Source: Macrostomum lignano
Taxonomy: Eukaryota
Direction of reading: 5' to 3'
NCBI GenBank assembly: GCA_002269645.1
Contig: NIVC01002124.1
Location: 62,001-126,000, forward strand
Length of the DNA: 64,000 bases
This document shows, piece by piece, positions 25,251 through 38,589 of the stretch (within the stretch, counting starts at the first letter, position 1; each line of letters starts with the position of its first letter). Made by a program: the position numbers and the translations under genes. A model generated the notes under the pieces. That model worked only from the letters and a program-made list of their open reading frames with translations. It was not told the origin of the DNA and made no database searches.

Positions 25251-28200
25251 TTATTTCGAGTCGCCGTCAGGGGACGCCTCGGGCTTGTCGGCGAAAGGCA
25301 CCGCCGCGGAGGCTGCCTCGGTAGACGAGGTTCGCGCAGCTTCCGCCTCCTCTCCCTCCTCGCGCTCGTCTGCCCGACTTCGACGCGTCTTCCGCTTCGA
25401 CTTCCGGCTGCCGCCCCGGCGGCGACTCGACAGCGAACTGCTGAGCGACTCCACGGCCTGCATGATGTCGGCGAGCTTGGCTTCGACGCCTTGCAGCCGG
25501 GAGCTCAGGTCGCCGATGCTCGGCCCGGCCGGCTCCGCTTCCGCCTCAGCCGCTTCCGGTCCGTCCGGCTGACGTTTCTGCAGCTGCAGTCTGGTGTTGC
25601 TTCTGCTTTCGCTGAAGATAGGAGTTCGAGAATTCGATAATTTCATGGGCTCTGCTTGTCGAATTTCTGACGCCTTAGCAGCCCTCTGAACCCAAATATC
25701 CAGCCGTGTGTTGGTAACAGTGTTGAGAGGGGAGCTCGGCAGTTGACTGCCACAGTATAAGTTAGGGCTAGGGTTATCAGCATTCAATGTGAGATCAACA
25801 GCAAAGGGGATCCGGGATCAACAGCCATGTAATCCGGGATCAATGGGATCAGCAGCCAGGAGATGCGGGATCAATGGGAGCAACAGCCAGGAGATCCGGG
25901 ATCAATGGGATCAGAAGCCAGGAGATCCGGAATCCATGGGATCAGCAGCCAGGAGATGCGGGATCCATGGGAGCAACAGCCAGGAGATCCGGGATCAATG
26001 GGATCAGCAGCCAAGAGATCCGGGATCAACAGCCAGGACATCCGGGATCTATGGGATCAACAGCCAGGAGATCCGGGATCCATGGGATCAACAGCCAGGA
26101 GATCCGGGATCCATGGGATCAGCATCGAGGAGATCCGGGATCAATGGGATCAGCAGCCAGGTGAAGAACTCACAGCTGGAGGGCAATGCCGGTCAATTTT
26201 CTCCGACTGCTGGCGGTCAGCCGCGACTCCAGGTGCTCAACCTGGTACTTCACATCGTCCAGCCGTTCAAGCGCCAGCAGCCAGTTGTCCTCCTCGTCGT
26301 CTGGCTGGGCGTACTCGGAACGCCGCGCAGTCAAGTACTTGTCGGTGCCCTGCTGCACGAAGGCGCCAAGCATCCGCTGTGTCCTGGAGTCGTAGTCCAC
26401 CACTACGAAGGGACGGCCATGGACATTTAATGTCACTATGCACTTTGACTAGATCCCAGTGTACCAATTTCACCTCTAGGTTGTAGCCTACTAGTTAGAG
26501 CGTCCAACACAGGACTTGAAGGTCAGGGGTTCGATTTCCGATCCCACTTGGAGCAATTTGTGTGCTTGAGCAAGACGCTTGACTCTGCACTGCTTCAGTT
26601 CACCCAGCTATAAAATGGGTGCCAACATTAGCTGGAGTAATTGAGGGTGTGTGGCGACCCCCCCCCCAGTCCTCGGACTGAACAGCCGTACGCAGCCTTC
26701 AGATGCGCCGAGCAATAGCTGCGGCTGAGCTGTCGGTTATACAAGTTACTAAAAGTGCACAGTTCGAATTCCGTGCACTTACTGAAGGCGTCCCTTGTCG
26801 GTGCCTTCCTGCCGCAGGCGGCTCTCCAAAGCCGCTCCAAGACGTTGGCAATGTGGCACAGCACAGTCAGAGGGTGGCAGAGGAACGGCCTGTGATGGAA
26901 CTCAAAGATCAGCTGGTAGCGGGAGTAGGCCCACACCTTGCGCGAGCTTTCCTGCACCAGGTCGAATGTGTGCTGGAACATGGCGATCAGCAGGTTGAGC
27001 AGCAGCACGTTGGTGATGAGCATGTAGAAGGCGAACAGCACGATCACTAGCGGGCTGTGCACCGCCTCCGATTCCTCGCCCTCGCCGCCGCCCTCGAATC
27101 CTCTGCCGGTGACGTTCGACGGCATGATCGGGGGGCTGTCGGGGCTGACTTTGTCGTCGTCAGCCAGGATGTCGCCGAGCTGGAGCTCGCCGTACATCTG
27201 CCAGTAGGGCAGGTAGACGACGTCTTTGATGAGCTTCCAGGACAGCGGACTGTTGGGGTACAGCAGCGCCTGGGCGGCCACTCCGTAGGCGAGAAGGAAC
27301 ACCACCAGGATGGCGAAGAAAAACACGGTGTCGTTGATCTGTGGGTAGTGTTAAAGTATTGTAAGTAGTATGGGCCGTTTTTACGCTTTCTTGTGCCAAA
27401 GAACACGGACAGGACTCTCTTGTTTCACAATTTTCGAAGAGTTCTCTCCAAGGTCCTCTAGGACCGCTTTTCCGTAGTGGGAAGCGACACTAACCTGCAG
27501 GGCTCGGACGGAATTCCCAACTTAAATCCCGAGTCCCGACTTCTATCCCCGAGTCCCGACTTATATCCCCGAGTCCCGACTTATACCCGAGTCCCGACTT
27601 ATCTCGAGTCCAAAATTAAATCCCGAGTCCCGACTTAAATCCCGAGTCCCGACTTATCCCGAGTCCAAACTTAAATCCCGAGTCCCGACTTAAATCCCGA
27701 GTCCCGACTTATCCCGAGTCCAAACTTAAATCCCGAGTCCAAACTTAAATCCCGAGTCCCGACTTAAATCCCGAGTCCCGACTTATCCCGAGTCCAAACT
27801 TAAATCCCGAGTCCAAACTTAAATCCCGAGTCCCGACTTAAATCCCGAGTCCCGACTTATCCCGAGTCCAAACTTAAATCCCGAGTCCAAACTTAAATCC
27901 CGAGTCCCGACTTAAATCCCGAGTCCCGACTTATCCCGAGTCCAAACTTAAATCCCGAGTCCAAACTTAAATCCCGAGTCCAAACTTAAATCCCGAGTCC
28001 CGACTTAAATCCCGAGTCCCGACTTATCCCGAGTCCAAACTTAAATCCCGAGTCCAAACTTAAATCCCGAGTCCAAACTTAAATCCCGAGTCCAAACTTA
28101 AATCCCGAGTCCAAACTTAAATCCGGAGTCCAAACTTAAATCCGGAGTCCAAACTTAAATCTCGAGTCGCGACACTGAAATCGAGACTGTTCGGAACAAA

Positions 28201-31200
28201 TTAGGACAAGAATTAAAAAACTTGAAAAAGGTAACTACAGTTACTCACCATCCTAGTAACCATGACAACCTTTGGCCCCAGAGTTTGATGAATCAAATAG
28301 AACTGCATAAATCGAATGTAGAACATGGTTAGCGTCAGCGCGTAAGTCATGCGGACCCACACGAAGTATTCTTCCGTAACGAATACCCGAACCAGGATGC
28401 AGGAGATCATCATGAGATTGAGCACCAGGTCGAACACGTCCCAAGCGTGTGCGAACCAGTCCTTCAGCTTTTCCAGCGCGCTCACCTTGTTTCGGTCGAA
28501 TATTTGGCGAATTTCTTCGGCAATGAGGCTCACCATCCAGCCTGAAATATCAAACGATTTCCTTAATGCAAGATTTGGGAGCAGAGATTTCTCCAACCCC
28601 CCTCCCAGGATCATTGTACATTGATGATAAGAGGACAGAGATTTTTCCAATCCCACTCTCAGGATCATTGTACATTGATGATAAGAGGACAGAAATTTCC
28701 CCAACCCCACTCCCAAGATCAGTGTACATTGATGATAAGAGGACAGAGATTTTTCCAATCCCACTCCCAGGATCAGTGTACATTGATGATAAGAGGGCAG
28801 AGATTTCTCCAACCCCACTCTCAGGATCAGTGTACATTGATGATAAGAGGGCAGATTTCTTAAAACCCACTCCCAGGATCAGTGTACATTGATGATAAGA
28901 GGGCAGATTTCTTAAAACCCACTCCCAGGATCAGTGTACATTGATGATAAGAGGGCAGAGATTTCTCCAACCCCACTCTCAGGATCAGTGTACATTGATG
29001 ATAAGAAGGCAGATTTCTTAAAGGCCACTCCCAGGATCAGTGTACATTGATTATAAGAAGGCAGATTTCTTAAAGGCCACTCCCAGGATCAGTGTACATT
29101 GATTATAAGAAGGCAGATTTCTTAAAGGCCACTCCCAGGATCAGTGTACATTGATTATAAGAAGGCAGATTTCTTAAAGGCCACTCCCAGGATCAGTGTA
29201 CATTGATTATAAGAAGGCAGATTTCTTAAAGGCCACTCCCAGGATCAGTGTACATTGATTATAAGAAGGCAGATTTCTTAAAGGCCACTCCCAGGATCAG
29301 TGTACATTGATTATAAGAAGGCAGATTTCTTAAAGGCCACTCCCAGGATCAGTGTACATTGATTATAAGAAGGCAGATTTCTTAAAGGCCACTCCCAGGA
29401 TCAGTGTACATTGATTATAAGAAGGCAGATTTCTTAAAGGCCACTCCCAGGATCAGTGTACATTGATGGTTTTAGATTTCTTCCCCATCAGGCCCGGCTT
29501 CGTTCCAGTTTCAAAAATGAAATTACTGACCAATCAGTACGAATTCTAGCACACTGGGCTGCGGCTCCTCCTCCGTGGCCTCGTTCGGGTGCTTCAGCGT
29601 CACCAGGGTCACAAAGGAGAACAGCAGCAGAAAGACAACGGCTGAGGCCACGGTGCTGATAAACTTCACCTGCGGTGACGTGTAGAACATGAACACGCAC
29701 TGAAGGAAAGACGGGTTTTGAATGTGCCCGCCACTGGACACCTGCTGCTGCTGTTGAGACTTGCGCAGAGACGGCGTGGCGCCTTGCTGCTTGTGCTGCT
29801 GCTGCTGCTGCTGCTGATGTCTATCAAATGACTGCCGAGTAGACACAGTCTTCGGCTGCACCGATGAGCGCTTCATCTGTACAGTAGGAGTTCGAATAAA
29901 GGGCTTAAGAATAGTCGATTCACTCAGTGAGCTGCAGCCCGCTGCTCTTCTTCACTCCCACTACTCCCTCTCCAGTCCTCCTATTCCCCCTCCAGTCCCG
30001 CTACTCCCCCTCCAGTCCCGCTACTCCCCTCCAGTCCCACTACTCCCTCTCCAGTCCTCCTATTCCCCCTCCAGTCCCGCTACTCCCCCTCCAGTCCCGC
30101 TACCCCCTCCAGTCCCGCTACCCTCCCTCCAGTTCCGCTACTACCCCTCCAGTCCCGCTACCCTCCCTCCAGTCCCGCTACCCTCCCTCCAGTTCCGCTA
30201 CTACCCCTCCAGTCCCGCTACCCCCCTCCAGTCCCGCTACCCTCCCTCCAGTTCCGCTACTACCCCTCCAGTCCCGCTACCCCCCCCTCCAGTCCCGCTA
30301 CCCCCCCCCCTCCAGTCCTGCTACCCTGCCTCCAGTCCCGCGTCCACGTGACCCGATCTTTGAGCATTGCAGTACTCACTCTGACACTCGAATGCCTGTC
30401 GCCTCCGGCACCGGTGGACTCGCCAGCAGGCGGGCTGGTCAGCAGCCACTTGTCAAAGATGAGCGCAGGTATGAGCATGGGTAGCAGCATGCAAATCAGG
30501 GTGCGCCACAGAGGCAGGTAGGTCTTGCTGCCAGCAATCCAGATGTCGCTGATTTTGGTCTGCACAGCCTGCTGGGACATGAACTCCATGCACTCGCCTT
30601 GGTCGGCCAGAGTTAGCAGGGTCTGGCCGTCCCAGACTGGCAACCGGCGGACCAGAGTGTCCAGCGTTTTCTGCTTGTCCTGCGCGTAGCATGTGGCCAG
30701 AACTCCCGCAGCCAGGCCTTCGAAACTGTCGGCAGCGGCGCCGAGCTGGGCGCTGGCCTCTAGGGAGCCTTCGGACTCGGCTAGGGACTTCATGTTGCGC
30801 AACATCATGGCGGACACCAGAGCGCTGGCGATGGTGTCGCTGGTCTGCGGGTGGGGGGGGTCACGTGGTGCGGTAGCCTTTGATTAGTCTTCTGGTTGGC
30901 GGACTAGCCTCTCCTGACTTCAGGACTTCAGGACCCACTGATACGCTTCCATCCAACACTTCAGGACTCTCTGATGCACTTCCATCCAAGACTTCAGGAC
31001 TCTCTGATGCACTTCCATCCAAGACTTCAGGACTCTCTGATGCACACTTCCATCCAAGACTTCAGGACTCTCTGATGCACACTTCCATCCAAGACTTCAG
31101 GACTCTCTGATGCACACTTCCATCCAAGACCTCTCCTGACTTCAGGACTTCAGGACTCTCTGATGCACTTCCATCCAAGACTGCAGGCTCTCTGATGCAC

Positions 31201-34200
31201 ACTTCCATCCAAGATTTCAGGACTCTCTGATGCACACTTCCATCCAAGACTTCAGGACTCTGATGCACTTCCATCCAAGACTTCAGGACCCTCTGATGCG
31301 CTTCCACCCAAGATTTCACGACCCTCTGATGCACTTCAACCCAAGACTTCAGGACTCTTTCCGTTGAAAGTCTTCAGAACGCTCACTCAGTCCCTTCGGC
31401 TGGCACTCACCCATTAGTTAGTGTTTCCGAGTGGTCTCAAGTCTTTAGCCTTCTCCCAAAGCAAATTATTATTCGCCTCACCTGTCGCCAGATAATCCTG
31501 GCCATGTCAGTGCGCTGCACCACAATAGACCAGATCAGCAGGTCCTCAGCTTGGTAGGAGCTCCTGTCCCGGCGCGGGTACGGACTGCGCAGCACCCCGC
31601 CAGACTTGGCCGACACGTACAGCCCGACGGCGCGCAGGAGGCGTTCCTGGTAAGCCGTCTGGCTCTCGTTGTGCGTGGCGTAGCCGACTGTCTTGGACTC
31701 GGTCATCAGCCAGCTGGACAGGGGGCTCTGATGGGTTGCGGGAACAGTTGCTTTTCTGCTAGCCTTGCCCTCAAAGTCTACCCCGCAAACGCCCACAGTA
31801 CACTTACGCTCAGGTAGTCCAGCTGCTCTCTCAGACGCATCATTTGTGGATCCGGCTTGTTGATCAGCTGAAGTTTGAAGATGGTGAAATTTGACAGTAA
31901 ATTGCTTTTTGTAATGTAATTTACTCGTTTTTACTGAGGTGGGTGATGAAACAGGGTAGGTGATGAAACAGTGAGGTGGGTGATGAAACAGTGATTTGGG
32001 TGATGAAACAGTGAGGTTGGTGATGAAACAGTGAGGTGGGTGATGAAACAGTGAGGTGGGTGATGAAACAGTGAGGTGGGTGATGAAACAGTGAGGTAGG
32101 TGATGAAACAGTGAGGTGGGTGATGAAACAGTGAGGTGGGTGTTGAAACAGGGTAGGTGATGAAACAGTGAGGTGGGTGGTGAAACAGTGAGGTGGGTGA
32201 TGAAACAGTGAGGTGGGTGATGAAACAGGGTAGGTGATGAAACAGTGAGGAGGGTGATGAAACAGTGAGGAGGGTGATGAAACAGTGAGGTGGGTGATGA
32301 AACAGTGAGGTGGGTGATGAAACAGTGAGGTGGGTGATGAAACAGTGAGGTGGGTGATGAAACAGTGAGGTGGATGATGAAACAGTGAGGTGGGTGATGA
32401 AACAGTGAGGTGGGTGATGAAACAGTGAGGTGGATGATGAAACTGTGAGGTGGATGATGAAACAGTGAGGTGGATGATGAAACAGTGAGGTGGGTGATGA
32501 AACTGTGAGGTGGATGATGAAACAGTGAGGTGGGTGATGAAACAGTGAGGTGGGTGATGAAACAGTGAGGTGGATGATGAAACAGTGAGGTGGGTGATGA
32601 AACAGTGAGGTGGGTGATGAAACAGTGAGGTGGGTGATGAAACAGTGAGGTGGATGATGAAACAGTGAGGTGGGTGATGAAACAGTGAGGTGGGTGATGA
32701 AACAGTGAGGTGGGTGATGAAACAGTGAGGTGGATGATGAAACAGTGAGGTGGGTGATGAAACAGTGAGGTGGATGATGAAACAGTGAGGTGGGTGATGA
32801 AACTGTGAGGTGGATGATGAAACAGTGAGGTAGGTGATGAAACTGTGAGGTGGATGATGAAACAGTGAGGTGGGTGATGAAACAGTGAGGTGGGTGATGA
32901 AACAGTGAGGTGGGTGATGAAACAGTGAGGTGGGTGATGAAACAGTTAGGTGGGTGATGAAACAGTGAGGTAGGTGATGAAACAGTGAGGTGGGTGATGA
33001 AACAGTGAGGTGGGTGATGAAACAGTGAGGTGGGTGATGAAACAGTGAGGTGGGTACGATGCTTCATCATGCTTCTCCCCTTCCGCACCGAGCTGTAGAG
33101 GCCGGCCAGCGTCTCCAGGTTCAGCAGGGTGCCAATGTTGATTCCGTGGTCGAACAGAAGAGACACGAACTCCGTCTGGTTGCGCGCCAGAGCCCGCAGC
33201 ATGCTGTATTCGAGGTCTCGGCCAGTCAGCTGCTCCCACTTGGCCTTCCGTTCTGACGAGAAAATTTCCTGCGCGGCCAGGTCGGGCCGGTTCCAGGCCA
33301 TGGCCATGTTCAGCTGGGTCACCACGCTCAGCGAGGTCTGGCGAAGGAAGGTCGTGAGGATGACTCGGTCCAGCTGCTCGTTGGGGTCCATGGACTCGGC
33401 GTCGTAGACGTTCAGCATGCGCTGATAGTCGGGCTCGGCCAGCTTCATCAGCCAGTCCACCAGGCTGCGCATCTCGCTGGAGTTGGGCTCGAATTCCGAG
33501 GAGAAGTGCTCCTCCGTTATGGCCTCGATCTCGTACCTGGGTGGGCGCAGCGATGATGGAGCTGGATAGAGGGATCTTTATAATGGGATCTGATAGTGGG
33601 ATCCAGATAAGTAGGATCTGGATATGTTGGATCAGGATAGTGGGATCAGGATAGTGGGATCTAGATAGTTGGATCAGGATAGTGGCATCTGGATAGTGGC
33701 ATCTGGATAGTGGCATCTGGATAGTGGCATCTGGATAGTGGTATCTGGATAAGTTGGATCTGGATAGTGAGATCTGAGTGTTGATGATTCAGGCTAAGTT
33801 CAAGAAGTGCTCCCGTACCTCTCGAGCTCCGTGTTCTCGCAGATGTAGGCGATGACGTTGGCAGCTCGGCCGGAGCCCTTGACAACCACGACTGGCGAGC
33901 CGGTCTCGACGCTCACCAACGCCGCTTGCACGTCCTTGCGGCCGCCCTCGATGATGAGGTGCACGCACGGCGTCACGGAGCGCAGGTCGCTGCCGTCGCC
34001 GCGGCTTCGCCGTCGAACCATCTGCTCAGCAACTTTCTTCTCGAAGCTGGCCCGGAAGTCGATCTCGGCGCCGAACATGGACTCGGTGCCGTCGTCGCAC
34101 AGCAGGAAGTGGGTGTGGTGCGGCTCCAGCACCGCCTGGCCCTTCACCGGCGCGGTGTTGTCGGGTTTCGGTAGGTGGACACTGGCAGGTCGTCTTCGAG

Positions 34201-35890
34201 ACTCTGCGCGCGGCGTTTAGAGGATTTGGGAGGTGCACCTTTGCAAGCTCGAAATTTCACACTGGGCTGAGGAAGTTTCGAGCTTGAGGAAGTTTCGAGC
34301 TTGAGGAAGTTTCGAGCTTGAGGAAGTTTCGAGCTTGAGGAAGTTTCGAGCTTTAGGAAGTTTCGAGCTTGAGGAATTTTCGAGCTTTAGGAAGTTTCGA
34401 GCTTGAGGAAGTTTCGAGCACTTTTCAATCTCAATCTCATTCTATGAAATGGTCAAGTTTACTTAAATTCACTGCTAAGCACGCCGCATAAATACCTTGT
34501 CCTCGCTGACCAGCAGGCACTCTTTGTCGCGCACGGAGCCCCAGGGACAGACGCCGATGAGCACAACGTCTCGCTCGCTGCCGCCAGCCAGTTGGTAGTC
34601 GCGAATCGCTTCTCCGACAAGCTTGTTTGTGCCAAGGTTGAAACCTCCAGTCACGATCCACGTCTCTGTTCGGGGAGAGGAGAGGTGAGGGGTTTTTCTC
34701 TGGTTTATGCCTTCGGTCAAGGACTTTGGTCTCAGCTCAGTCGCTGATTGACCAGCCAGAACCAGCACAACTGTCTGTCCTACCTTGGCTGGCCGCTGAT
34801 TGGCTAGCCAGAACCAGTACAACTGTCTCGTGTCTGTCTTACCCTGGCTGGCCGCTGATTGGCTAGCCAGAACCAGCACAACTGTCTCGTGTCTGTCTTA
34901 CCCTGGCTGGCCGCTGATTGGCTAGCCAGAACCAGCACAACTGTCTGTCTTACTCTGGCTGGCCGCTGATTGACCAGCCAGAAACAGCTCAATTGTCTGT
35001 CTTACCCTGGCTGGACGCTGATTGGCTAGCCAGAACCAGCACAACTGTCTGTCTTGCCCTGGCTGGACGCTGATTGGCTAGGTCCTGTTTTACTATTTAT
35101 TTCCCGTTTTAAAACACCGCAATCAGCTTTAAGTGATTCTTATCCAGGAAAAGCTTGTATTCGTGAAATCTTAGTAAACGCATAGTTCTGACGAGAGCAG
35201 CACTCACTAGTTTTCGTGGCGATATTGATAATACCCTGGCGCAGCTTCTTAATAATCTTGTCCGACATCGGTCGCATCTTCTTGGCACCGCCGGTGACGC
35301 TGACGATGAGCTCCGGCTCGGGGATGCGCCAGGTTTTAGTCAGCAGCTTCCACAGCAGGTTGGGCCTTGAATTCAGGCAGTCCAGCCGGATGTACTTGGC
35401 GTTCTGGCCAAGCCGAGTGAATTCGAAGTTCTCGAAGCGCAACACTCCGTAGGCGTCAGTTCGAGTCGTCGCCGTGCAACCGTCCACTGTCCAGCGCTTC
35501 GGCAGTCGGGCTGTCCGAGACAGAGTGTCCGCGCTGGCGTCGGTGATGTCGGTGACGGCGGCTGCGGCGGCCGCTTTGGAGGCATGCCAGGCTGCCGAGC
35601 GATTGCAGCAGCAGATTCTGGGACTGCGCGGGGTAGGAGAGACTTTTCTGGGACTTCAGTGAAGGACTTATCGGGAAATTCGGTGAGGCACTTATCTGGG
35701 ACTCGAAGGAATTTTATCTGGGACATTAATAATTTTTTATCTCGAACTTGAATCAAAAAGCGGGACTGGGACTGATGGGTGATGTAAATTGACAGCAAGG
35801 ATTAATACATGTAATTGTCTCACCTGTTCGCTCGCGGCACAAACTGGAAGCACTCTCTTTTCTGGAAACTGCTGTAGATGTCCCTCTCGG
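25251..35890 (-). CDS. TRPM: TRPM-family cation channel, multi-exon; 5' end uncertain; no NUDT9-H or kinase tail
   Basis: Exons 5'->3': ~35890-35824, 35623-35208, 34665-34496, ~34201-33819, 33536-33089, 31867-31808, 31727-31482, 30844-30380, 29876-29531, 28541-28249, 27338-26783, 26402-26174, 25590-25251. Motifs FQKRECFQF/ICCCNR, TDAYG, PELIVSVTGG, WIVTGG, HTHFLLCDDG, pore YWQMYGEL, LLLNLLIAMF, TRP box WAYSRY. Confidence 0.9.
25800..26160. repeat. 31-bp minisatellite (GGAGATCCGGGATCAATGGGATCAGCAGCCA), TRPM last intron
   Basis: Read directly. Confidence 0.85.
26483..26740 (+). mobile_element. tRNA/CORE-type SINE copy in a TRPM intron
   Basis: Colinear with 17085-17330 over ~240 bp. Confidence 0.8.
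27528..28170. repeat. 17-19-bp minisatellite (CCCGAGTCCCGACTTAAAT / CCCGAGTCCAAACTTAAAT)
   Basis: Read directly. Confidence 0.9.
28580..29465. repeat. ~50-54-bp minisatellite (CCAGGATCAGTGTACATTGAT...)
   Basis: Read directly. Confidence 0.9.
29950..30335. repeat. ~19-bp C-rich minisatellite (TCCAGTCCCGCTAC...)
   Basis: Read directly. Confidence 0.8.
30910..31350. repeat. 33-35-bp minisatellite (ATCCAAGACTTCAGGACTCTCTGATGCACTTCC)
   Basis: Read directly. Confidence 0.85.
31935..33055. repeat. 20-bp minisatellite (GTGAGGTGGGTGATGAAACA), ~55 copies
   Basis: Read directly. Confidence 0.95.
33560..35080. repeat. Three small intronic arrays: 14-bp GGATAGTGGCATCT (33560-33780), 17-bp GAGGAAGTTTCGAGCTT (34265-34400), ~52-59-bp CTGGCTGGCCGCTGATTGG... 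(34735-35080)
   Basis: Read directly; each array lies between TRPM exons. Confidence 0.8.
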
Positions 35891-36799
35891 CTCAGTGACC
35901 ATGGAGTGCATCTGCGGAGCGGGTCAAAATACTTGATATAAAGGGTTTTTACGGAAAATCCGCGGAACTTCCACGAGTATAGTAGGAGCAGACGAAGTGA
36001 ATGTGTAGTTTTTAAAGATGCCTTCCCTTCAAATTGGCTTAGTCTCAGGGGGAGGCTGGGCACTGCCTAAAATCAAGGCAACAGTCAGCACCCATAGTGT
36101 ACTCCTTGGGCAATGGGACATCATGTGCGTACGATTGAAACTTACTGCCAGCCCGTTGGGCAAGCCGTCGCCTTCATCCTCATAATCTGAGAAGTCTCCA
36201 TACTCCGAGCCAGAATCCATCAACTCAGACAGGTAGCTTTTACAAATAATTATAAGTTTTCGACTGCCACTCACTGAGCAGTAAAGACACTGTTGCTTTC
36301 GATAGTGAGCTCTGAGCTTGCCTGAGAAGAAAAATAAAAGAAAAAATACCAATTTCGTGGACGGCAATAGATAGCTGAAGGGCCACTCGTATGGGGGACC
36401 GCTTATCCCAGTCAGATAAGGCTCGGTCGAGACTGCACAAATCGCAGGGTCAAAAAACAGCTCGCACTTGAGCACTGCTCAAATTCTGTACATGCCATTC
36501 TAATAGTCGGAACGGCAACTGTCATGCATGCCATTAATTCTGCTAAGGCGATATCTCAAACATACGGCTGGGTGTGCGCTGTTGCCACGGGTAACGGGTA
36601 CTCAGAAATAGATTGACTGCGCGCAATAACTGCTCATAATTTCTAGTACAGATGCTTCTCAGAACATATTCGGCTCTCAGTACGGCATGCTCGATGTGGG
36701 TGGCATTCTAAAATATCAGAAACAGCTTAACTGAACCGTATGGTCCGAATTTTTCGCTCAAACTATACTTCAGCGCATCGCCCATAGGCGAATGCTGCG

Positions 36800-38065
36800 T
36801 AGATACGCTGGCCAGAGACCAATGCTGTGTAAATAACCAGGCCATAGTAATGCTGTGTAGATATGCTGGCCATATAGACCAATGCTGTGTAGATATGCTG
36901 GCCATATAGACCAATGCTGTGTAGATATGCTGGCCATATGGACCAATGCTGTGTAGATATGCTGGCCATATAGACCAATGCTGTGTAGATATGCTGGCCA
37001 TATAGACCAATGCTGTGTAGATATGCTGGCCATATAGACCAATGCTATGTAGATATGCTGGCCATATAGACCAATGCTGTGTAGATATGCTGGCCATATA
37101 GACCAATGCTGTGTAGATATGCTGGCCATATAGACCAATGCTGTGTAAATAACCAGGCCATAGTAATGCTGTGTAGATACGCTGGCCAGAGACCAATGCT
37201 GTGTAAATAGCCCGGCCATAGCTCGTAGTAATGCTGTGTAGATATGCTGGCCAGAGACCAATGCTGTGTAAATAGCCCGGCCATAGTAATGCTGTGTAGA
37301 TATGCTGGCCAGAGACCAATGCTGAGTAAATAGCCCGGCCATAGTAATGCTGTGTAGATATGCTGGCCAGAGACCAATGCTGAGTAAATAGCCCGGCCAT
37401 AGTAATGCTGTGTAGATATGCTGGCCAGAGACCAATGCTGAGTAAATAGCCCGGCCATAGTAATGCTGTGTAGATACGCTGGCCATATAGACTAATGCTA
37501 TGTAGATATTCTGGCCATATGGACCAATGCTTTGCAGTTAGCCTGGCCATAGGCTAATGCTATGTAGATATCCTGACCATAGACTAATGCTATGTAGTTA
37601 GCCTGGCCATAGAATAATGCTGTGTAGATATCCTGACCATAGACTAATGCTGTGTAGATATCCTGACCATAGACTAATGCTGTGTAGATATCCTGACCAC
37701 AGACTAATGCTGTGTAGATATCCTGACCATAGACTAATGCTGTGTAGATATCCTGACCACAGACTAATGCTGTGTAGATATCCTGGCCATAGACTAATGC
37801 TGTGTAGATATCCTGACCATAGACTAATGCTGTGTAGATAGCCATGCCATAGACTAATGCTGTGTAGATATGCTGGCCATATAGACTAATGCTGTGTAGA
37901 TATCCTGACCATAGACTAATGCTATGTAGATAGCCTGGCCATGGACTAATGCTGTGTGGATAGCCTGGCCATAGACTAATGCTGTGTGGATAGCCTGGCC
38001 ATAGACTAATGCTGCGTAGATAGCCTGACCACAGACTAATGCTGTGTAGATAGCCTGGCCATAGA
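36800..38065. repeat. 30-32-bp minisatellite (ACCAATGCTGTGTAGATATGCTGGCCATATAG and variants)
   Basis: Read directly. Confidence 0.92.
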
Positions 38066-38589
38066 AAATACAAAAACAAAATCTACTTTAACTTTCAAAT
38101 GCCAACACAGTAATGGCGATGTCATAAAATCAACGGTCTATCATAGAATATAGTTAATAAGCAATCTATTTTGAAAAGAGTTGGCCATCAATTTTATCTT
38201 CAGAATACCGAATAAGTCAACAATACGCTCATAATTGCGGGCCTGCAATTTTGATGTATTACAAACAGGATTACCTGAACAAAGACAGCGACAAAAGACA
38301 GTATAATTACGGCGACAGAAAAGTGAAATAAAATTTAAAATCCGAGGCAAATTTAAATGAATAGACAATGAGGCGTTTAAAAATCTTGAATAATGCATTT
38401 AGCGACCTATATAACAGATTAGGCATGTAGAACGCGGGAAACCTCTTTGTTAAATAGAAGATAAACACATACACGGACGCAGACACGGACATTTCACTCA
38501 TAAATTGTTGATTTGACTTGAAACTAAATACAGTGTAATACAATTATAATATGCTAAGCAGTCACATTCGGTGTAGTAGAGAGCTAAGC

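Noticed and set aside
35890-35900. Selenocysteine or readthrough at the in-frame TGA of TRPM
   Set aside because: No SECIS evidence and the position is not a conserved Cys; splicing or sequence error is simpler.
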